Shown here piece by piece: positions 45,371-50,122 of a stretch of DNA of 50,122 nucleotides (positions within the stretch are counted from its first letter, which is position 1; each line of letters opens with the position of its first letter). The stretch covers positions 1 through 50,122 of the forward strand of contig PLSR01000019.1 of NCBI GenBank assembly GCA_003164215.1, in the 5' to 3' direction. Below the pieces are notes generated by a model. That model saw only the letters and a program-made list of their open reading frames with translations. It was not told where the DNA came from and did not search any database. The stretch comes from Candidatus Kaiserbacteria bacterium (lineage in GTDB: Bacteria; Patescibacteriota; Minisyncoccia; Phycocordibacterales; UBA2100). Both the position numbers and the translations under genes were made by a program.

Positions 45371-46668
45371 GGAAGCTCGTCTGGAAATTGAAAACGACTC
45401 TACGAAGGCTCGCACCGCCGCCGGTAGTGAACAGCTACCATTTCTCGATAGCCATGCTCGGCACCTTCCTGTATGGATTCCCTTCCAACGGACTCCTCGT
45501 GATCGCGGTCACCGGGACAAAAGGAAAATCTTCGACGACCGAGATGATCAATGCGATCTTCGAGGGGGCCGGCTATAAGACGGCGATGATGAATTCGATC
45601 CGCTTCAAAACCGGCGGCGACTCGCGGCCGAATGAGTTGCGCATGTCGATGCCGGGAAGGTTTTTTATTCAACGATTCCTGGATCGCGCACGCAGATCGG
45701 GATGTACCGTCGCGATACTTGAAATGACATCCGAAGGAGCGCGACAGTTCCGTCATCGCGGTATCACGCTCGACGCCTTGGTCTTCACCAACCTCGCTCC
45801 CGAACACATCGAATCACATGGATCGCTGCAGGCGTATGCCGATGCGAAATACGAGATCGGCCTCCATCTTCTACGAAGTAGCAAGCGCCCGCGTGTGATG
45901 GTCGCCAATGCTGACGATGCGGAGAGCACGCGCTACCTGACGCTTCCCGTCGAGCAGGCGCTTCCCTTCTCGCTTTCCGGTAACACACCCTATGAAGCCA
46001 CCGAGACGGGCGGACATTTTCATTTTGATGATACCGACATCGCGATCCATCTGCCTGGAGAATTTTCGCTCAAGAACGCGATCGCGGCCGCCACGCTCGC
46101 GCGTGCGTTCAATATTCCTACCCCAACGATCAAGCGTGCCCTGGAAAAGCTCGCGCGCATACCGGGCCGCGCCGAACGCATTGAGGAGGGACAGAATTTC
46201 GCCGTCGTCGTCGACTACGCGCACACGCCGGATTCGCTCACGGCGCTCTATGATGCGTACGCGCATTCCCCCTCGACGACGCTCGGGGCAGGTCGCAAAT
46301 TAATCTGCGTTCTCGGTTCGACCGGCGGTGGCCGCGACTTATGGAAAAGGCCCGTCATGGGCGGCATTGCCGACACGCGCTGCGACGTCGTGATCCTCAC
46401 GAATGAAGACCCCTATGATGAAGACCCTCGGTCGATCGTCGACGGACTCGCACGCGGGATGAAGCGGCAACCGGTCATCATCATGGACAGGCGCGAAGCG
46501 ATCGCAAATGCCCTGGCACTGGCGCATGCGGGTGATGCGGTACTCATCACCGGCAAAGGAACCGATCCGTGCATCTGCGGACCACGTGGCGGCAAAGAGC
46601 CGTGGAGCGATGCGCGGGTGGCGCGTGAAGAATTAGCAAAGCGATCGATCGTTATGCCGGCGGTATAA
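45367..46668 (+). CDS. murE: UDP-MurNAc-tripeptide synthetase (MurE-like)
   Basis: VTGTKGKSST, EMTS, DYAHTPD, GGGRD..KR, TGKG. Confidence 0.88.
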   Translation: MRKLVWKLKTTLRRLAPPPVVNSYHFSIAMLGTFLYGFPSNGLLVIAVTGTKGKSSTTEMINAIFEGAGYKTAMMNSIRFKTGGDSRPNELRMSMPGRFFIQRFLDRARRSGCTVAILEMTSEGARQFRHRGITLDALVFTNLAPEHIESHGSLQAYADAKYEIGLHLLRSSKRPRVMVANADDAESTRYLTLPVEQALPFSLSGNTPYEATETGGHFHFDDTDIAIHLPGEFSLKNAIAAATLARAFNIPTPTIKRALEKLARIPGRAERIEEGQNFAVVVDYAHTPDSLTALYDAYAHSPSTTLGAGRKLICVLGSTGGGRDLWKRPVMGGIADTRCDVVILTNEDPYDEDPRSIVDGLARGMKRQPVIIMDRREAIANALALAHAGDAVLITGKGTDPCICGPRGGKEPWSDARVAREELAKRSIVMPAV

Positions 46669-46684
46669 TGAAGATATTAGGTCT

Positions 46685-46987
46685 ATGATCAAACGTATAT
46701 TTATCGCGATCGTCATAGTCTTCGTGCTCGCGCTCATCGTCATTTGGGTCTTGGGCGGTGGTTATCAAAATATCAAGGCCGCCGTGAGTCACTATCGCAA
46801 TCCGTTCCAATACAGCAGCATTATCGATTATTTCTTCCAAATCGGTTCAACGACGGGCGAAACGTTCAAGATCCCCGGTACGCCGTCGACCTATCCGACG
46901 GTCTCGATGCCGGATTCAGCCGCGACCACATCTATCGGTCCGACGACGGTCTATCAGCCAGGATCGTCCGCACCGAGCGGCTACTGA
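46685..46987 (+). CDS. Hypothetical membrane-anchored protein
   Basis: N-terminal TM; 100 aa. Confidence 0.6.
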   Translation: MIKRIFIAIVIVFVLALIVIWVLGGGYQNIKAAVSHYRNPFQYSSIIDYFFQIGSTTGETFKIPGTPSTYPTVSMPDSAATTSIGPTTVYQPGSSAPSGY

Positions 46988-47448
46988 AGCGTGCTGAAAA
47001 GAATGATCCCCGCGGCAACAGAGACGTTGAGCGATTCTTTCTTTCCATGCACCGGAATTTCGACGAGCACATCACATTGATCGCGTAATCCTTTGGAAAT
47101 ACCACGCACTTCATTGCCGAGGATGAAGAGTGTCGGACAGGTCATTTTAAATTCTCTATAATCGATCGCGCACGGATCCTGCTCGACCCCGACGATCTGC
47201 CAGCCGCCGGTTTTCAGTCTTGAAATGACGGACGATGGGCTTTTCTTATATTCCCACGCGACGCAAAGTTCCCCACCGAGCGCGGTCTTCCCGATCTCAC
47301 GACGCGGCCGACCAAAACGATCGATCGGTGTCGGTGTGTACCCGCTCAAATAGATTTTACTTACACCGGCGGCGTCCGCCGTACGAAATATCGCACCGAC
47401 ATTGTGTGCGCTCCTGATGTTGTGCAACAGCACTGCTGTCTCTGCCAT
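46981..47448 (-). CDS. TrmH/SpoU-family RNA methyltransferase
   Basis: NIRSAHNVGAIFRTAD, LGNEVRG, ESLNVSVA. Confidence 0.93.
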   Translation of the reverse strand: MAETAVLLHNIRSAHNVGAIFRTADAAGVSKIYLSGYTPTPIDRFGRPRREIGKTALGGELCVAWEYKKSPSSVISRLKTGGWQIVGVEQDPCAIDYREFKMTCPTLFILGNEVRGISKGLRDQCDVLVEIPVHGKKESLNVSVAAGIILFSTLQ

Positions 47449-47495
47449 AGCCGGCACACTATCACAAGAACAGGGCTTTGATGTATACTCCTGTC

Positions 47496-47897
47496 ATGCT
47501 TTCACTATTCCCTGGAATACTCTATCTGGCACCGTTCACCTCTACTATCCTGCGCCTCGGCGCCGGGGCAGCGTTCATTTATGCCGGTTATTTCATGTTC
47601 GTACACCGCGATGATTTCACGAAGATCCGCCTACCGATCATCGCCCATCCGGCGCTCTGGATGCTGTGGGTATCCGGTGTTATCACTATCGCCGACGGCG
47701 TAGCGATCGTCCTGGGCTATGGCACACAGCTCGCCGCCATTATCGGTATCATTATCGCGGTCAAACATATGTCGCTCTCGAAACAATATGAATCACTGCG
47801 CCCGCTTCCGCGCAGTACGTATGCATTGCTCTTGCTCATGTGCCTCGCATTGCTCATCTCCGGCGCCGGTCCATTCGGTCTTGACCTGCCGCTCTAA
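47496..47897 (+). CDS. DoxX-like membrane protein
   Basis: ILRL, LGYGTQLAA, SGAGPFGLDLPL. Confidence 0.75.
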   Translation: MLSLFPGILYLAPFTSTILRLGAGAAFIYAGYFMFVHRDDFTKIRLPIIAHPALWMLWVSGVITIADGVAIVLGYGTQLAAIIGIIIAVKHMSLSKQYESLRPLPRSTYALLLLMCLALLISGAGPFGLDLPL

Positions 47898-47951
47898 CCC
47901 TCCTCGGTACTCGCCGAGAAAAACGCGCGATGCTATAGTAGCTCGCAATCC

Positions 47952-47973
47952 CCCTTCGCTAAAGCTTCGGAGG
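47952..47973. repeat. REP-like hairpin CCTTCGCTAAAGCTTCGGAGG upstream of tRNA-Lys
   Basis: Imperfect palindrome; single copy in this window. Confidence 0.4.
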
Positions 47974-47979
47974 ACACAG

Positions 47980-48052
47980 CCGCCCATAGCTCAGTTGGTA
48001 GAGCAGCTCCCTTTTAAGGAGTTTGTCCCTGGTTCGAATCCAGGTGGGCGGA
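47980..48052 (+). tRNA. tRNA-Lys(TTT)
   Basis: Loop CTTTTAA; GGTTCGAATCC. Confidence 0.95.
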
Positions 48053-49612
48053 CTGGAATGGACTTACTATACTCCCGTTTGTTTGTGCGATATCTTGCGG
48101 TTTCGCATCTTCACTGGTGCGATAGTACACCGCTTCGAACTTCGAAATGGCATCGAAAAGAAGGGCAGGATGTGAACTTATTATAATTCCGTTCTGCACT
48201 TCGAAGTGATCCCAGAAGAACAGTAGGTATTTGCGCTTCAGGTCTGGCGATGCTTTTTTGTATGCCTTGTGGATGTCTTTTGTGATGAGAAGTACCTCCT
48301 GTGCGACATCGACACTGACGCCTCGTTGGTCTTCAAGCAGCAATAATTCATCGTCGATCTGCGTGATGTCTTTCTGAATATCACTGCTGATACGAGTGAA
48401 ATCCTCGTCGGATAGAACCCCTTTGAGGAGCTTGTCTTCTGCCGTCTTTCGTCTGTTATCGAGCGCAGAGCGGCGATTGATGTATCCTTGTCGCCGCGCA
48501 TCGTAGGTCTTACGTCTGTCCATGAATATCCGCTGCGCCTTCTCTATGACCATGGAGATGAACTCGTCCGAGAAGTTGAGGTCTCTGAATTTGTCCGCGA
48601 CCATGCCTTCAAGGAGTGTTTGTTCGATGTACTTGCCGCACCCTTTGGGATTCGAGCAATGGTAATAGGCTATGTTCTTCTTACCCATGTGCCATTCCGC
48701 ACAGTACCGATTACCATGCGTTGGGCAGACCACGAGCCCCTTGAGAAGCCAGTCATATTTCCTACGACGGCATCCGCGCTTGTTCTTGTCTTCAAGCGTC
48801 TTCTGCACGCGGTCAAAGGTTTCCTCGTCGATGAGTGCTTCGTGCTTCCCTTCCTTCACGTGTATGCCTCCCCAATGAATCTCGCCGAGGTAAATGCGAT
48901 TGCGCAACAGCGAGTACATTGAGGTTGAGAGCACTCTATGCCCTTGCTGGTTGCGTAAGCCTTTCGCGTACATGATGTCAGAAAGTTCATACACATTCAC
49001 GTCACCTCGTGCGTAACGATGAAAACAGTCCGTGATGAGCGGCCCCATGACAGGATCGATTGCGAGTATGTTCCTGCCAATTCTCGTGAAGCTCGGATTT
49101 GGATTCCGTGCGTTGTAATAGCCTGCGGGTGGATACGTCGGAAAGTATCCTGCTTTTGCAATCTCTCGCATGACACCTTGCACTTTCTCGGATGTGATGA
49201 GGCGCTGCATTTCCGAGAAAGCCATCATCATGGAGTCCATCGTGCGTCCGGTTGCCGAGTCATCGAGCATCGGTTGGTAGATGCAGTTGAGAACAACGTC
49301 CTGCTTGCGAAGGAGTTCTTTGAAAACAAGGTAATCCTTGAGGTTGCGCCCGATGCGATCACTGTGAACGACGTATACCGCTTGAATCTTCTTTTCATTG
49401 ATGAGCCGAATGAGTTCGCGCATCGCCGGACGGTTCATGTCTTTGCCGCTCTTACCTTCGTCCTTAAGCGTCGGGAGCGGCACATAACCATCTTTAACTA
49501 AATGTTCGTTACAGACCTTCTCCTGTGTGTCGATTGATAATCCTTCTTTGGCCTGCTCGTCAGTCGAGACGCGACAGTATGTAACTGCGGTTTTCTTTGA
49601 ATCGATATCCAT
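48014..49612 (-). CDS. Large serine recombinase (integrase)
   Basis: YCRVSTDEQ, SGK..RP, DRIGRN, recombinase domain, Zn ribbon (CPTHG..YYHC), coiled coil. Confidence 0.95.
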   Translation of the reverse strand: MDIDSKKTAVTYCRVSTDEQAKEGLSIDTQEKVCNEHLVKDGYVPLPTLKDEGKSGKDMNRPAMRELIRLINEKKIQAVYVVHSDRIGRNLKDYLVFKELLRKQDVVLNCIYQPMLDDSATGRTMDSMMMAFSEMQRLITSEKVQGVMREIAKAGYFPTYPPAGYYNARNPNPSFTRIGRNILAIDPVMGPLITDCFHRYARGDVNVYELSDIMYAKGLRNQQGHRVLSTSMYSLLRNRIYLGEIHWGGIHVKEGKHEALIDEETFDRVQKTLEDKNKRGCRRRKYDWLLKGLVVCPTHGNRYCAEWHMGKKNIAYYHCSNPKGCGKYIEQTLLEGMVADKFRDLNFSDEFISMVIEKAQRIFMDRRKTYDARRQGYINRRSALDNRRKTAEDKLLKGVLSDEDFTRISSDIQKDITQIDDELLLLEDQRGVSVDVAQEVLLITKDIHKAYKKASPDLKRKYLLFFWDHFEVQNGIIISSHPALLFDAISKFEAVYYRTSEDAKPQDIAQTNGSIVSPFQSAHLDSNQGQTP

Positions 49613-49727
49613 ATACGTTTTGCGATATTAAGTCCCATCGAGGATGAACCACAACCGAGTTTTCCACACTCGATGGGAATTCTTTATAGCGAAGCTAATA
49701 ATAAATTGTTTATAAACTTCGTTATAA

Positions 49728-50114
49728 TTAATTATGGGAACGCTGCCTGTTCGTTCTGTCGATTAGCACCTTGAAGTGCTTCGCAGACTCGCGGACATGG
49801 CCCGTGAGCTTCCAACCATTTGTGCTTTTCATCCGAGCCCTCTCAATGAGCTGTCGACTTTCAAGATCGTGAAGGGCGGTCTCGACTTCCGATATATCCC
49901 CACCTGAATATGCGACCAATTTTGCGGGCGGATATAGGCAGAGCCTTCCGCCACGAGACATGTTCTCGATGATTGAGAATACATGCCTCTCCAGTGGCTT
50001 TCTCACGGCATATTTCTTACAAAGACCATGCATCACAAGGGAGTACTTCGCTTCATCGGGATCGTTTTCTTTATCTTTAGATGTATCGGGATGAGGCGGT
50101 AAAGGGGGCATCAT
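49728..50114 (-). CDS. Hypothetical winged-helix-like protein of the element
   Basis: AGGAG SD; EVETALHDLESRQLIER. Confidence 0.55.
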   Translation of the reverse strand: MMPPLPPHPDTSKDKENDPDEAKYSLVMHGLCKKYAVRKPLERHVFSIIENMSRGGRLCLYPPAKLVAYSGGDISEVETALHDLESRQLIERARMKSTNGWKLTGHVRESAKHFKVLIDRTNRQRSHN

Positions 50115-50122
50115 ATCTCCTA

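Larger units (their letters stand above)
48014..50122. mobile_element. Left end of an integrative element or prophage at tRNA-Lys
   Basis: Integrase reads into the tRNA 3' half; element continues beyond the window. Confidence 0.75.

Overview
Chromosomal segment of a Patescibacteria/CPR bacterium, most likely Parcubacteria (inferred from -10 boxes abutting start codons, tRNAs without encoded CCA, rplK not followed by rplA, tRNA-Arg(GCG), a stand-alone LAGLIDADG gene next to a tRNA, and pilM/N/O-like genes). About 0.5-10 kb is a defence/TA hotspot: PD-(D/E)XK-like gene, RelE-HTH pair, HicB-like, ArsR-like, HD hydrolase, DUF3800 two-gene module, type IIG R-M enzyme and NYN nuclease, mixed with several repeat families. 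The core holds argS, rplK, nusG, secE, rplS, uppS, pil genes, a partial riboflavin/FAD cluster, a MacAB-type exporter, rpsT, ruvA, murE and 7 tRNAs. An accessory block of small membrane and SRPBCC genes lies at about 15-22.7 kb. A large serine recombinase element at tRNA-Lys runs off the right end. Most interesting unexplained signals: (1) a five-copy covarying structured element found both as tRNA 3' trailers and inside long inverted repeats; (2) small promoter-preceded hairpin RNAs facing the 3' ends of the NYN gene (two tandem copies) and the DUF3800 module; (3) a LAGLIDADG gene split by one in-frame TGA. Family assignments are from motif recognition only; no database searches were run.
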